Virus record (IMG/VR): IMGVR_UViG_3300045119_000122
Span: 1 to 44,926 of that record
Direction: 5' to 3' (one strand)
From: a virus
DNA length: 44,926 nucleotides
In this document: in pieces, positions 34,350 to 43,721 of the stretch
Layout: each line of letters opens with the position of its first letter
Numbering within the stretch: the first letter of the stretch is position 1
Program-made: the position numbers and the translations under genes
Notes under the pieces: model-generated
Seen by the model: only the letters and a program-made list of their open reading frames with translations
Told to the model about the DNA's origin: nothing
Database searches by the model: none

Positions 34350-36017
34350 TTAGCCTTTCTCGTAACTACCTGTAATTACAAGAACTTCGTTTGCTGCAGC
34401 TACTGGATATGTACCATCAAAGTTATAAATAACCAATTGATTGCCAGCAGAACCTACATAAGCTTGAAGCATTTTACCTGCTACACCTGCAGATCTACCT
34501 ACAAACACGGAAGCATTTCTAACAAGTGAAGGTAAAGTTGCTAGTACACCGGCAGCACCAGTACCATTAGTTGTAATAGTAAGACTCATCTCAAATACAA
34601 TGGTACCGTAACGTTCACAAAATCTACAAGTACCAGACTTAGTTGTGATTGTTCCAGATTGTGCAGTGATTACCGGAGTAAAAGATTGCCAATTGATATC
34701 TGCATCTAAATTATCAAATACACGGAAAGCTGTATTTGAGGCAGCATTACTTACTGGTGTGGTGTTAGTTGTGAACTGGTTCCTACTCATAGACCCAGTA
34801 ACAGTTGCTCCGATTGCAACACCCGTGGTATTTGCCGCTGCAGCTGAAGATGCACCAATAAGGTTCTCCTCAATTTGAACATTAGCTCCAGTGTCAGCAC
34901 GAATACCTATACCATTACCACCAACTTTAAAACCTTTAACTCGAATGTTTTTAGCATTTGCACCAAAAACATTAATGCCGGTATTAGTATTATTGATCAA
35001 CTCTCCACCAATAAAATCAACACCATCAACAGTACCTGCAGATCCATCAATTACTACGCCAGCATTGGTATTTTGCCCAAACCAGCCGGAGATAAAATCA
35101 CAGCGGATAACTCGCCCAGATCCGGTTGGAGCAATGTTAAGTCCAATCTTACCTGTATCGCAGGTAGGTTGAATAAATTTAACTAGTGATGCGGTTTGTC
35201 CTGAAGTCGGTACAAGATCTACAGTATTGCCACATTGAATAGCAGTTACATTGGAACCTAGATTAAGCACGTCCACAAATTTGGCTCTAATACCAAAGGC
35301 AGTTTGTTTAGCTGGATCACTACCTTTAATATAAATATTGTCAATCCCAATGGAGCCTGTATAGTTTGTTTCTCCTAGCAAAATTGCTCCGCTATTTGGG
35401 GATACAGTAGCATCAGTACCGTCAAACATTTGTGCAGTATCAATTTTAATCTCACTGCCCCCATCAATACCAATACACACGAAATACTTGTCTGCAAAGA
35501 AATCAAATATTTCTACACGATTGGTATTGATGAAATCAAAGTACTTACCAGAAGTTCTAACTACGGTAGATGTAGCGTAAAAACCTGAGATAGAGATTCC
35601 ACTGACTGCGTTTGCCGAAAAGAATGGTGCTAGCACTGAGTTAGTAGTAAATACTACTCCACCACTCTGCGCCCCATCTCCAATAATCTCTACAGGTTTA
35701 TTAATAATTACGCTACTAAATCTGTAGGTGCCTGCGTTAAATACAAGTCTGCCTCCAACTACTGGCAATGAATTCAGCGCATTTTGAATTGCAGTGGTTG
35801 AGTCAGCTACGCCAGTGGGATCTGCCCCAAAATCCAATACAGATACAATTTCCCTGGCTTTATCTACCAGCAATCTAGTTACTGCCCCACTACCTAGTTG
35901 AATAAAGTTATTTCCCCCCGGGCCTGGAGGACCTGCAGGGCCTGGCGGACCTACTGGACCTATTGGACCTGGATCACCTTGCTCTCCCTTTGGTGCCCAA
36001 ATAGTAGAACTAGACAT
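34350..36017 (-). CDS. Tailspike with an N-terminal collagen-like repeat and a right-handed beta-helix (pectate-lyase-like) domain
   Basis: GEQGDPGPIGPVGPPGPAGPPGPGG followed by VLDFGADPTGVADSTTAIQNAL, typical of Pectate_lyase_3 tailspikes. Confidence 0.7.
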   Translation of the reverse strand: MSSSTIWAPKGEQGDPGPIGPVGPPGPAGPPGPGGNNFIQLGSGAVTRLLVDKAREIVSVLDFGADPTGVADSTTAIQNALNSLPVVGGRLVFNAGTYRFSSVIINKPVEIIGDGAQSGGVVFTTNSVLAPFFSANAVSGISISGFYATSTVVRTSGKYFDFINTNRVEIFDFFADKYFVCIGIDGGSEIKIDTAQMFDGTDATVSPNSGAILLGETNYTGSIGIDNIYIKGSDPAKQTAFGIRAKFVDVLNLGSNVTAIQCGNTVDLVPTSGQTASLVKFIQPTCDTGKIGLNIAPTGSGRVIRCDFISGWFGQNTNAGVVIDGSAGTVDGVDFIGGELINNTNTGINVFGANAKNIRVKGFKVGGNGIGIRADTGANVQIEENLIGASSAAAANTTGVAIGATVTGSMSRNQFTTNTTPVSNAASNTAFRVFDNLDADINWQSFTPVITAQSGTITTKSGTCRFCERYGTIVFEMSLTITTNGTGAAGVLATLPSLVRNASVFVGRSAGVAGKMLQAYVGSAGNQLVIYNFDGTYPVAAANEVLVITGSYEKG

Positions 36018-36018
36018 A

Positions 36019-36354
36019 TCAAGTCTCCTTGGTTGTATGATTATTTAAACAAAAATTGCCAGCACAAAATTCATCTTCGGTTGGTAGATTCTTTCGTACT
36101 TGTGAATCTTGTATAGCCCTAAAAGCTAAAACCAATTGATCCTGAGTTTTAATTTGATTAGCTGTACATTCCTTATGCTGTAAATCCAACTGGCGCATTC
36201 TCCAAATTAAAAACAGTATTAACACAAAAGGGGACAAACCCATTACGGTTGTCCCCCAAGCTTGAAAATCCGCAGCGCTGAATGAGCCGCTAATTACCCC
36301 GAGAGTGACAGTTACAATTCCTGTAACTGCATCAGATTTTTCTGAAGGAGTCAT
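36019..36354 (-). CDS. Two-TM membrane protein, 111 aa, inside the fibre cluster (holin candidate)
   Basis: Hydrophobic segments AVTGIVTVTLGVISGSF and MGLSPFVLILFLIW. Tightly packed between fibre genes. Confidence 0.5.
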   Translation of the reverse strand: MTPSEKSDAVTGIVTVTLGVISGSFSAADFQAWGTTVMGLSPFVLILFLIWRMRQLDLQHKECTANQIKTQDQLVLAFRAIQDSQVRKNLPTEDEFCAGNFCLNNHTTKET

Positions 36355-36363
36355 GTAAGTTCC

Positions 36364-37164
36364 TCATCGTTGCTCTTTGAGACTGAATACAGCATCTAGT
36401 ATTCTAATATTAGTAGTTACAGTTGAAGCTAACCACAAAGTTATTACATCTCCTGCAGTTAGTTGTACCAAGCCGTTTGCACATATACTTCCTATATTGT
36501 TAGCTACATCTAGACGAACTATTGGCCGCCTGACTAAACTAATTGAGCCATTAATAGCAAATTTAAATGCTACGTTTAGGTTATTATTGGAAGCCGATAA
36601 CGAAGCCCATAGCATAATCTCATAGACACCAGTTCTAGTGACTGTAAGAGAATTAGTTTGCTGTGTTATTCCGCGAATTACTCCGTCAGGCAAAGAACCA
36701 AATATACCAGTTACCTGTGTATAATCAGAACTGCTTACCAGTGTTGGATCAACTGCTGCAGTTTTAGCAATGAGTGTGGCGTTATTAGTTACAGTACGAG
36801 TAGCATAATTAACTCCACTAGCTCCTCCTCTTAAATCTAACCCAGATCCTGGCCAAACATTACTAGCCTTGGGTCCATACAAAATTGCACTGGCTTGATC
36901 TAGATAATAATCTCCATCAACCCCAAGAGAGTTGGAAGGTATACCAATGCCTGAATATATTACTGATCCGGGGGCTCCATTTGGGCCAGCGGGGCCAATA
37001 GGTCCCTGAATACTAGGCCCTGCTGGACCCACTGGCCCTTGGATGCCAACTCCAGGTGGACCAGTATCTCCTGTGTCTCCTTTAGGTCCAGGTGGGCCAG
37101 GAATTCCTTGTGGTCCTGGAGGTCCTTCTATACCTCCGGGAATCCAAATACTGGCTTCGGTCAT
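36364..37164 (-). CDS. Collagen-like tail fibre with a C-terminal jelly-roll (C1q/BclA-like) domain
   Basis: About 60 residues of G-X-Y repeats, then ...[11 protein letters not shown]...[10 protein letters not shown], reminiscent of C1q/TNF-like domains. Confidence 0.6.
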   Translation of the reverse strand: MTEASIWIPGGIEGPPGPQGIPGPPGPKGDTGDTGPPGVGIQGPVGPAGPSIQGPIGPAGPNGAPGSVIYSGIGIPSNSLGVDGDYYLDQASAILYGPKASNVWPGSGLDLRGGASGVNYATRTVTNNATLIAKTAAVDPTLVSSSDYTQVTGIFGSLPDGVIRGITQQTNSLTVTRTGVYEIMLWASLSASNNNLNVAFKFAINGSISLVRRPIVRLDVANNIGSICANGLVQLTAGDVITLWLASTVTTNIRILDAVFSLKEQR

Positions 37165-37177
37165 GATATATCTCCAA

Positions 37178-37498
37178 CTAGGATAAAGTTCCTTCAGTAG
37201 TCAAAAGACTTAAAGATTCATAAGGAGAATATAGTGTGTAGGTTCCAGCTGCTGCCGCAATAACTACGTCTGATTCTGCAGGAACTGGAATACCTCTAGT
37301 CAATGCATCAATGTCTGTAGTAGGCACAGGTGTAGGAACCAAAAATACAGGCTCACATCCCATATTAACAAAGCGTAGATGTGGCCCAGTTGTTACAGTA
37401 ATACTACGGGTACGATCAGCTAGAGTACGTAATAGTGGATCACCAAAAGTATTAAGTTTGGTAGATCCAGCAACCGAAGTCCAAATTCCAATAGACAT
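37178..37498 (-). CDS. Hypothetical structural protein, 106 aa
   Basis: Track ORF within the late operon. Confidence 0.55.
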   Translation of the reverse strand: MSIGIWTSVAGSTKLNTFGDPLLRTLADRTRSITVTTGPHLRFVNMGCEPVFLVPTPVPTTDIDALTRGIPVPAESDVVIAAAAGTYTLYSPYESLSLLTTEGTLS

Positions 37499-37508
37499 CT
37501 TTAAATCC

Positions 37509-38108
37509 TCAAGTTAGTGGAACATCGTCAACATAGGAGAGTTTAAGTTCCTGGAATTGTTCTCCAACAAGTTGACTATATTCATTAGCTTGTTCAGTAT
37601 ACGACATGCTTTTAAATATAGTTCTTGCTGCCTCATAGATAATTACATAAGGCATTTCTACCGCAATCCAAGAATTGTAGTTAGCTTCAGGTGTAATTAT
37701 TGGATTTTGGTAGCAACCAAATAAAACTTTATCTAGTGCACACATTCCACGAATTTGCAAGTTTTGGCCTGCCATATAAAATACATCTTGTTTTATATGG
37801 CCATAACCATCCTGAGAATTTTCAATTTGGATTGGAGTAAGAAACTTTCCGGGCTCCCCAGCTAACCCACCAGCCCAAAGTCTAATATACTTGGCTTTGC
37901 GAAAAGCTGGCACAACCTCAGTCGGTACAAAACTTTGAAGATAAAAAGGATCAGTAAACTGCACTGCTATTTCAATTAAATCTTTGTAATAAAAATCTGA
38001 TTGATGTGCTTTAAGAGTAGCCGCTCTAATAGCTTGTTTAGTTCTATCAACTAGATCTGGCCGTTTAGTGATGAGAATAATCTCGTCATAGATTTCTTGA
38101 AATGTCAT
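37509..38108 (-). CDS. Putative tail tubular protein A/adaptor (T7 gp11-like size and position)
   Basis: 199 aa. First gene after the head module. No motif check was possible. Confidence 0.4.
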   Translation of the reverse strand: MTFQEIYDEIILITKRPDLVDRTKQAIRAATLKAHQSDFYYKDLIEIAVQFTDPFYLQSFVPTEVVPAFRKAKYIRLWAGGLAGEPGKFLTPIQIENSQDGYGHIKQDVFYMAGQNLQIRGMCALDKVLFGCYQNPIITPEANYNSWIAVEMPYVIIYEAARTIFKSMSYTEQANEYSQLVGEQFQELKLSYVDDVPLT

Positions 38109-38121
38109 ACTAACTCTCCAT

Positions 38122-38293
38122 TGGCGCTTCCAGTCTTAGGAGCTAACCCGCTCCGGCTAGCTTACTTCGGCCCCGGACCAAAGATCAATCGGCCACTCCC
38201 TCGCTTCGCTCGGTCGCTAGGCCGATTGACTTCGGATCCTCGGGGCCTCGCAGCTTAGCCTTGCGGTCAGCTCCCTAGCGACTGGGGCGCGCC
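38122..38293. repeat. GC-rich palindromic element, copy C (head/tail module boundary)
   Basis: TGGCGC(38122-38127), GGCTAGCTTAC(38155-38165), AAGATCAA(38181-38188), GCTTCGC(38203-38209), CGCTAGGC(38215-38222), ATTGACTT(38225-38232) and GGGCGCGCC(38285-38293). Confidence 0.8.
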
Positions 38294-38311
38294 TAGCTGC
38301 TAATAACCGAA

Positions 38312-38836
38312 TTAGTTAGTGCCGCCAGCTTTCAGCTTATCGAGGGTAATTTGCTGCGGAGTGCGAGTATCTACAACATCCGCTGGATTGTGCAGATTGG
38401 TAGTAAGGGATGTGGTAGTGGAAGAGCCTTCCACAACTTCCTTGGTCTGGGATTCAGCAAGCTTACGCTGATCTTCAGTAAGTTCAGTTTGCCCAGCTAC
38501 ACTGGCGCTAGAGGAGATTGCTTGCTGGGTAAGAGTTTGGTGAGATACACCAGCATCTACCAATTTGCCGCCAGACTTAAGTTCCTGCATAATTTCCTCG
38601 CGCAGACGTTTCTTAAGTTGATCCATCGGAGTTGCGCATTCCGGATCAATTTGTGGCTCGCCGATATCTACGTAGATACCAAATTCTTGATTGTTGTCAG
38701 CAGCTTCTTGCAGCTCGGCTTGCAGCTTGGTATTGGTAGTAAAGAATCGGCCAAGAATAAATGCAACAGTGTTGCCAGATTTCAGGGCTACATTTACGTT
38801 ACCATTGGAGTTTTTGAACAGAGTTACAGTAGTCAT
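38312..38836 (-). CDS. Hypothetical head-associated protein, 174 aa (decoration candidate)
   Basis: Follows the capsid gene after a terminator. Biased codon use. Confidence 0.6.
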   Translation of the reverse strand: MTTVTLFKNSNGNVNVALKSGNTVAFILGRFFTTNTKLQAELQEAADNNQEFGIYVDIGEPQIDPECATPMDQLKKRLREEIMQELKSGGKLVDAGVSHQTLTQQAISSSASVAGQTELTEDQRKLAESQTKEVVEGSSTTTSLTTNLHNPADVVDTRTPQQITLDKLKAGGTN

Positions 38837-38865
38837 GAGAGTTATCCTGAGAAATTAAATAAGAC

Positions 38866-38902
38866 TAAAAAATGCCCGAGCTGCTATTAACAACCCGGGC
38901 AT
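38866..38902 (-). terminator. Rho-independent (attenuating) terminator after the capsid gene
   Basis: On the minus strand, ATGCCCGGG...CTCGGGCAT stem then TTTTTT. Confidence 0.6.
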
Positions 38903-38922
38903 TGAGTTGACACTAAACAAGA

Positions 38923-40149
38923 TTAAGCAGCTGCAGTCAAGCCAGTAATAATCGAGTTGGCTGGAGGGTTGCGGATTTCGGTAGTGCACTCAGTCAGCAA
39001 CGAACCGCCGACCGCGTCAATACCGTTATCGGTAGTTTGTACACCGGTAATATTGAATTCCTTGTTCAGAGTATCTCGCCCTTTCAGGTAAGCCAGAGCA
39101 AAAGTAGACAAGTCTACTGCTACTGCCATACGAGACCAGTTAGGGTTAGAGTTGAACAGCGGGTGCTCAATGATACGGAAAGTACCGCGAGCCAGCTTCA
39201 TAGTGGAGAATTGCAGACCCCAAGAAGTCATACCATCCATCAACTGATATACACCAGATTTCTTACCGATGTTATTCAGAACTACACGAGCTTTACCACC
39301 AACAAACAGTACCCGCTCGTTAGCTACTTTAGGGTCAGTAGCCTGATCAAACACTGGATCCAACATAGCCTCCAGTTGATCGTTGCTGGTAGTTGCGCCA
39401 GCTGGGAATACGTTTGGCGCAGCGTAGCTTGGTGGGTAGTAAGCAATGTTACTAACAACACTTACCAGGCCATCCATGGTACGGAATGGCATACCGTTGC
39501 GGGAGCCGTTAGATTTCTGACCAAAGAACAGAGCCTTTTCGATGTCAGCTGCGTGGAAAGCTGCACAGTCCTGACGGTTCTCAGCCTGAGTAGTATCACC
39601 AACAATTACCTGAGTAGCATCAGCAGTACCGGTAATCGCCCAGGTATTACGGAAAATCTGGGTATAGTTGGTTACTTGGATTGGGTCAATACCCATTGCT
39701 TGTGGACGTACCGAACCTTCCTCAAATGCGTTACCAACTTGGTAAGCTTCTGGAGATACGCTGCCACCCAAAGTAATTGCAGTTGCAGCTACAGTACCAA
39801 TTGCACGAGACACTTGGATCTGAGTGGCGGACAGCACACTATTAATAATTACGTTTTCTTTGGTCTGGAAAAACTGGTGAATCTGACCCGGCAGCAGGTT
39901 CTTAGTGGAACTCACAGTCAGGGTAGTGTCACCTACCAAAACGTTAGCAGTGAGAGTAAATGCAGGGAACACCATAGTTTTAGTAAAGAAACCATGGGTT
40001 GCTTGCAGTGCAGTTGCAGTTGGCAGCATCGAAGTCAGACCGAACAGCGGTGCGTTACCAGCTGGCATAAAGCGGGTAATCATACCAGCGAACGAAACCT
40101 TGGCAAGGTTCGGTGCAAACTGGGAAGTGTTAAAAATACCTGTAGTCAT
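38923..40149 (-). CDS. Major capsid protein
   Basis: 408 aa, downstream of scaffold and portal. Strong codon bias. Terminator after it. Confidence 0.8.
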   Translation of the reverse strand: MTTGIFNTSQFAPNLAKVSFAGMITRFMPAGNAPLFGLTSMLPTATALQATHGFFTKTMVFPAFTLTANVLVGDTTLTVSSTKNLLPGQIHQFFQTKENVIINSVLSATQIQVSRAIGTVAATAITLGGSVSPEAYQVGNAFEEGSVRPQAMGIDPIQVTNYTQIFRNTWAITGTADATQVIVGDTTQAENRQDCAAFHAADIEKALFFGQKSNGSRNGMPFRTMDGLVSVVSNIAYYPPSYAAPNVFPAGATTSNDQLEAMLDPVFDQATDPKVANERVLFVGGKARVVLNNIGKKSGVYQLMDGMTSWGLQFSTMKLARGTFRIIEHPLFNSNPNWSRMAVAVDLSTFALAYLKGRDTLNKEFNITGVQTTDNGIDAVGGSLLTECTTEIRNPPANSIITGLTAAA

Positions 40150-40195
40150 TTTGTTGCTCCTGAGAATTCAAAAATTTGTTTGCACTAAGCTACTA

Positions 40196-40468
40196 TTAGC
40201 TAGAAGCCATTTGGCCTGAAGCAATCAGCTGAGTACGAAGACTGTTAACATAGTTAGCAGCCGCAGTAAGATCAGCAAATGGGACTGGAGCAGCGGCAAT
40301 AAATGCCATCTGACGTACAGAACCTGCTTGAGTTGTAGTTGCTGCTGCCCCAGTCATAACAGAGCCAACAGTGCGTTCTTCTTCCACACCGTGAGTAGTA
40401 GTGGAACCTACACCTGGAATGGTCTGAGTGATAATAGGTTTAACAAGTACCAGGTCATTAGCGGCCAT
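40196..40468 (-). CDS. Hypothetical head protein, 90 aa
   Basis: Track ORF between the scaffold and capsid genes. Confidence 0.55.
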   Translation of the reverse strand: MAANDLVLVKPIITQTIPGVGSTTTHGVEEERTVGSVMTGAAATTTQAGSVRQMAFIAAAPVPFADLTAAANYVNSLRTQLIASGQMASS

Positions 40469-40494
40469 GATATTTCTCCAAACAAGTTAGTCAG

Positions 40495-41259
40495 TTAGTT
40501 GGTGTTACCACCAAAGTATGCAGTCCAATCGGTACCTTCAGCAGCTTTAGCAGCGGCTGCGGCAGCGGTTGGATCTTCTTTCTTACCAGCTGCGATGCCA
40601 GCAAAGTTGTCGAGATAGCTACTGATCATAGTAGTGATCTCAGTGGGAGTTGCAGTTGGATGCTTATTGGTGAATTGCTCTTTGAGGGCATTTACCAGTG
40701 GAGCTGCAGCTGGGTGAGTAAGCGCAGGATTAAGTTCCTGCATTGCAGAACTAACTTGGTTAAGCTTAACACCGCTAGCAATCTTTTTGTCCATAGCCCC
40801 GCTAGCTCGGGTCATTGCCTGCTCTACCATCTTGGCAGCAGCAGTTGTAGAAAGTTGCATTGCTTTTGCAGACGAGGTATTGAGTACTGCTGCGAATGCT
40901 TTAATAGCTTCTTCGCCACCACCTTGAATAGCTTGCAGCTGATCTGCAGTAATTCCCTCAGCAAAATTGATCTTACCAATTGCTTGCTGCATGGTAGCTG
41001 GATCAATATTAAAAATAGCTGAAGGATTAAATTCTTCTTCCTGTCCTTCTACTTTAGCTGGCGCTGTCCACAGATCCTTAAATGTATCCATTGGATCAAC
41101 TTTAGCTTGCTCTACTTGAGCAGCAGCTGGGTCAGCGGGCTGTTGCTGAGTCAAGCTAGGAGTAGCTGGCTGCTGTTGCTGGCCATTCTGTGGTTGCTGC
41201 TGTTGCTGTTGCTGAGGAGCTGCAACTGGGGTAGTACGAAAGAAATCCATGATGCTCAT
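40495..41259 (-). CDS. Scaffolding protein
   Basis: Q/A-rich helical 254-aa protein between portal and capsid. Confidence 0.65.
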   Translation of the reverse strand: MSIMDFFRTTPVAAPQQQQQQQPQNGQQQQPATPSLTQQQPADPAAAQVEQAKVDPMDTFKDLWTAPAKVEGQEEEFNPSAIFNIDPATMQQAIGKINFAEGITADQLQAIQGGGEEAIKAFAAVLNTSSAKAMQLSTTAAAKMVEQAMTRASGAMDKKIASGVKLNQVSSAMQELNPALTHPAAAPLVNALKEQFTNKHPTATPTEITTMISSYLDNFAGIAAGKKEDPTAAAAAAKAAEGTDWTAYFGGNTN

Positions 41260-41299
41260 GAGTTGCTACCTTTAATAAGTTAGTTGAAACTGGGATTAT

Positions 41300-41599
41300 T
41301 TACTGCTGGGAATTCTGTCTAGCTAGTTCTTCAGCGGCAGCAGCTTCTTCTGCCATACTTTCGGACCGTGCTAGTAAACATTTGTATCCATCAATTTGAC
41401 CCTTAGTATATGCAAGTTTTACTTGCTCTTCAAGAGAATTTCTGTCGCTAGTAATGAGGACCTTTACTAGATCCTCTGCACAGGCAGCAATTAAATTCTG
41501 GATTACTGCAATTTGATTGTCATTGAATTTATAACCTTCTCGCTCTTCTTCTGGAGTTAACTCAAAGGAAATAAAGGAGCTGTTAAGACTTGCAATCAT
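41300..41599 (-). CDS. Hypothetical protein, 99 aa
   Basis: ATGA overlap with the portal stop. Confidence 0.55.
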   Translation of the reverse strand: MIASLNSSFISFELTPEEEREGYKFNDNQIAVIQNLIAACAEDLVKVLITSDRNSLEEQVKLAYTKGQIDGYKCLLARSESMAEEAAAAEELARQNSQQ

Positions 41600-43701
41600 T
41601 GTTGGATTCCTTGTGTCGGTACAGGAGCTGCTGGTTGCTGTTGAGCTGCCTGAATAGTTTGAGACATCTGAGCCAGAATGGTTGGATTATTAGGAGTGGT
41701 TGCAGCACCCGGAGTGAGAGTTTTAGTTCCAGGCACATAGCCAAACTGTTCTGGAGTTGGTTGTGGTAATGCTACCAATGCCTGCTGAATCTGTTCAGGT
41801 GTCATTGGTGGCTGCATCTCTACTAGTTGAGTTGCCAGAGCTTGCACTGCACCTTGCCACTGACCTACTGCTTGTTCATAAGCAATCTGCTGAGGTGACT
41901 TTTTAAATGGGGCAAGTTTCAATCCAGCAGATTGGAACAGGTAAGCTGTCATATCTCCCATATTGTATTCTGCACCAACTGCTTGGTTCTGACTAAACAG
42001 TTGTACTGCACTGCCAAGTGTGTCAGCATTAATCAGTTTGCTGCTTGGCTCCAAACCATCAGAAACTTTCATTACCAAGTTAGCTTTACGCAGCGCTACT
42101 GGATCAATAGTAATCATTGCTTCAGCATCGCGATTGTAAAGTTGTGTACCACCTTGGTACTGCAGAATGTTAGAGCGCAAGATTGCTTTAATTGGCTTAA
42201 AGAAGTTACCTTCCAAAGTCAACGCCAGAGTTTGATCTCGTCCATTTGCGTTGCCCATAACACTATCGAACTCGCCCAGAGTTTTATTACCTTTAACAAA
42301 CTGACCTTGGCGAGCTGGGTTAAGGCCCGAAATTTCATTAGCCATTGCACGGTACGATTGAATCTCCGCCATGTTAATTTGGAATTGATCATCCCTAAAT
42401 GGGATAGCGTAAACAGCCTTAGACAACTCTTGTTGGTAAGCACTTGGCCTTACGGGAATCTTAGCTGAGGGGCTGTCGTTATTAATTGCGGCTGCTGATA
42501 CTCGACTAGGATCATATAGCATACGGTCACTAATAGCACGACGCCGACTGGCAATAGAACTGTTGCTAAGTGCAGTTGTGATGTCTTGAATTGGTTGTAC
42601 GTTTTTTGCGAATGACTTAGTCTGATAAGCCAACCCATCGTCCAAAGGCTGACTAAACACCATAGGAATAAGATTATGTGCATTAGTGAGTCTCTCGCAG
42701 TAAATAACTACTTGGCTATTTACAATAATAAATTTCCATACTTGTGGAGTATTTTGGCCAGGCAATCCTTTAAAGCCAAAGTCACTAGGCAAAATTCGTG
42801 CATACAAAGTTGTTACTTGATACATATCCTTGTAACGATCTTGTCCGTTATTGCTGTTTTCAAATCCAGCCCAGCGTGCCCAGTTCATTCCAAGTTGCAT
42901 TGTTTCGTTTACTGTAGCCTCTGGGTTAAGTTGTGGATAGTAATAACCCATACTTCCTGCTGAGCCTACTGTACTAATTGGTGCAACAAACCCAGAATTC
43001 AGTGCCTCATTCATATTAATGCGAACTGGCAAAGTAAGTGCAAATGCCTTAAATGCCACACGAGACATAAGCTCGTTAAATCCAGCAAACTCACCTTTTG
43101 CTGCTACATCCCGTGGAGCTACACGAGTATCCCAGAAAGTATTATAAAGATCCATGCGACGAATCTTATTACCTTCCCATAGCAGCTCAGTGGGTTTACC
43201 TTCTTTACCGTCTTGGTAGCCAAGATCAGTGGTAAGACTGTAAGTAATCTCACGCTGCCAGTCAATCTCAGCTGCCATAAGATTATACTTCAATCCATCA
43301 CGAATGCACATTAGACATTCATGTACCCAGTTACCTTTGTCCTGCTGTTCACCAATAATTGTGTCCATTTGAGCTGCTTCACTGGCAAACTCGGGCACAC
43401 TAACTGCAGAGAACATTGGATAGCCAGTTAGAAACACTGACTGTTGATAAGTCACAGCATTCTCTACCTGAGGTTGAATTACTGGCAGAGTAATGTTCTG
43501 GAATTTAGTTGGGTCGCCAAGCTGGTTAGCTTTCTTAGCTTTCCACTGCTCCTCAGTCTGGTCAGTTTCACGCATGTAAGCTAAGTCAATAGCTCGCATA
43601 CTGGAACGAATATTCCACTGAGATACATACAAGTTAATAGTACTACGACCAAAGTCAATTATGCAATCCTGGGAAGCTTTACTTGGAACATAAGGAGTCA
43701 T
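41596..43701 (-). CDS. Portal (head-tail connector) protein
   Basis: 701 aa, directly downstream of terL. Confidence 0.8.
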   Translation of the reverse strand: MTPYVPSKASQDCIIDFGRSTINLYVSQWNIRSSMRAIDLAYMRETDQTEEQWKAKKANQLGDPTKFQNITLPVIQPQVENAVTYQQSVFLTGYPMFSAVSVPEFASEAAQMDTIIGEQQDKGNWVHECLMCIRDGLKYNLMAAEIDWQREITYSLTTDLGYQDGKEGKPTELLWEGNKIRRMDLYNTFWDTRVAPRDVAAKGEFAGFNELMSRVAFKAFALTLPVRINMNEALNSGFVAPISTVGSAGSMGYYYPQLNPEATVNETMQLGMNWARWAGFENSNNGQDRYKDMYQVTTLYARILPSDFGFKGLPGQNTPQVWKFIIVNSQVVIYCERLTNAHNLIPMVFSQPLDDGLAYQTKSFAKNVQPIQDITTALSNSSIASRRRAISDRMLYDPSRVSAAAINNDSPSAKIPVRPSAYQQELSKAVYAIPFRDDQFQINMAEIQSYRAMANEISGLNPARQGQFVKGNKTLGEFDSVMGNANGRDQTLALTLEGNFFKPIKAILRSNILQYQGGTQLYNRDAEAMITIDPVALRKANLVMKVSDGLEPSSKLINADTLGSAVQLFSQNQAVGAEYNMGDMTAYLFQSAGLKLAPFKKSPQQIAYEQAVGQWQGAVQALATQLVEMQPPMTPEQIQQALVALPQPTPEQFGYVPGTKTLTPGAATTPNNPTILAQMSQTIQAAQQQPAAPVPTQGIQQ

Positions 43702-43721
43702 GATAATTCCCTGTAGTGGAG

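Noticed and set aside
39037-40188. Plus-strand ORF of 383 aa
   Set aside because: It is antisense to the major capsid gene. Its length is explained by the strong codon bias of the capsid frame, and the product is Cys/Ser/Thr-rich and not protein-like.
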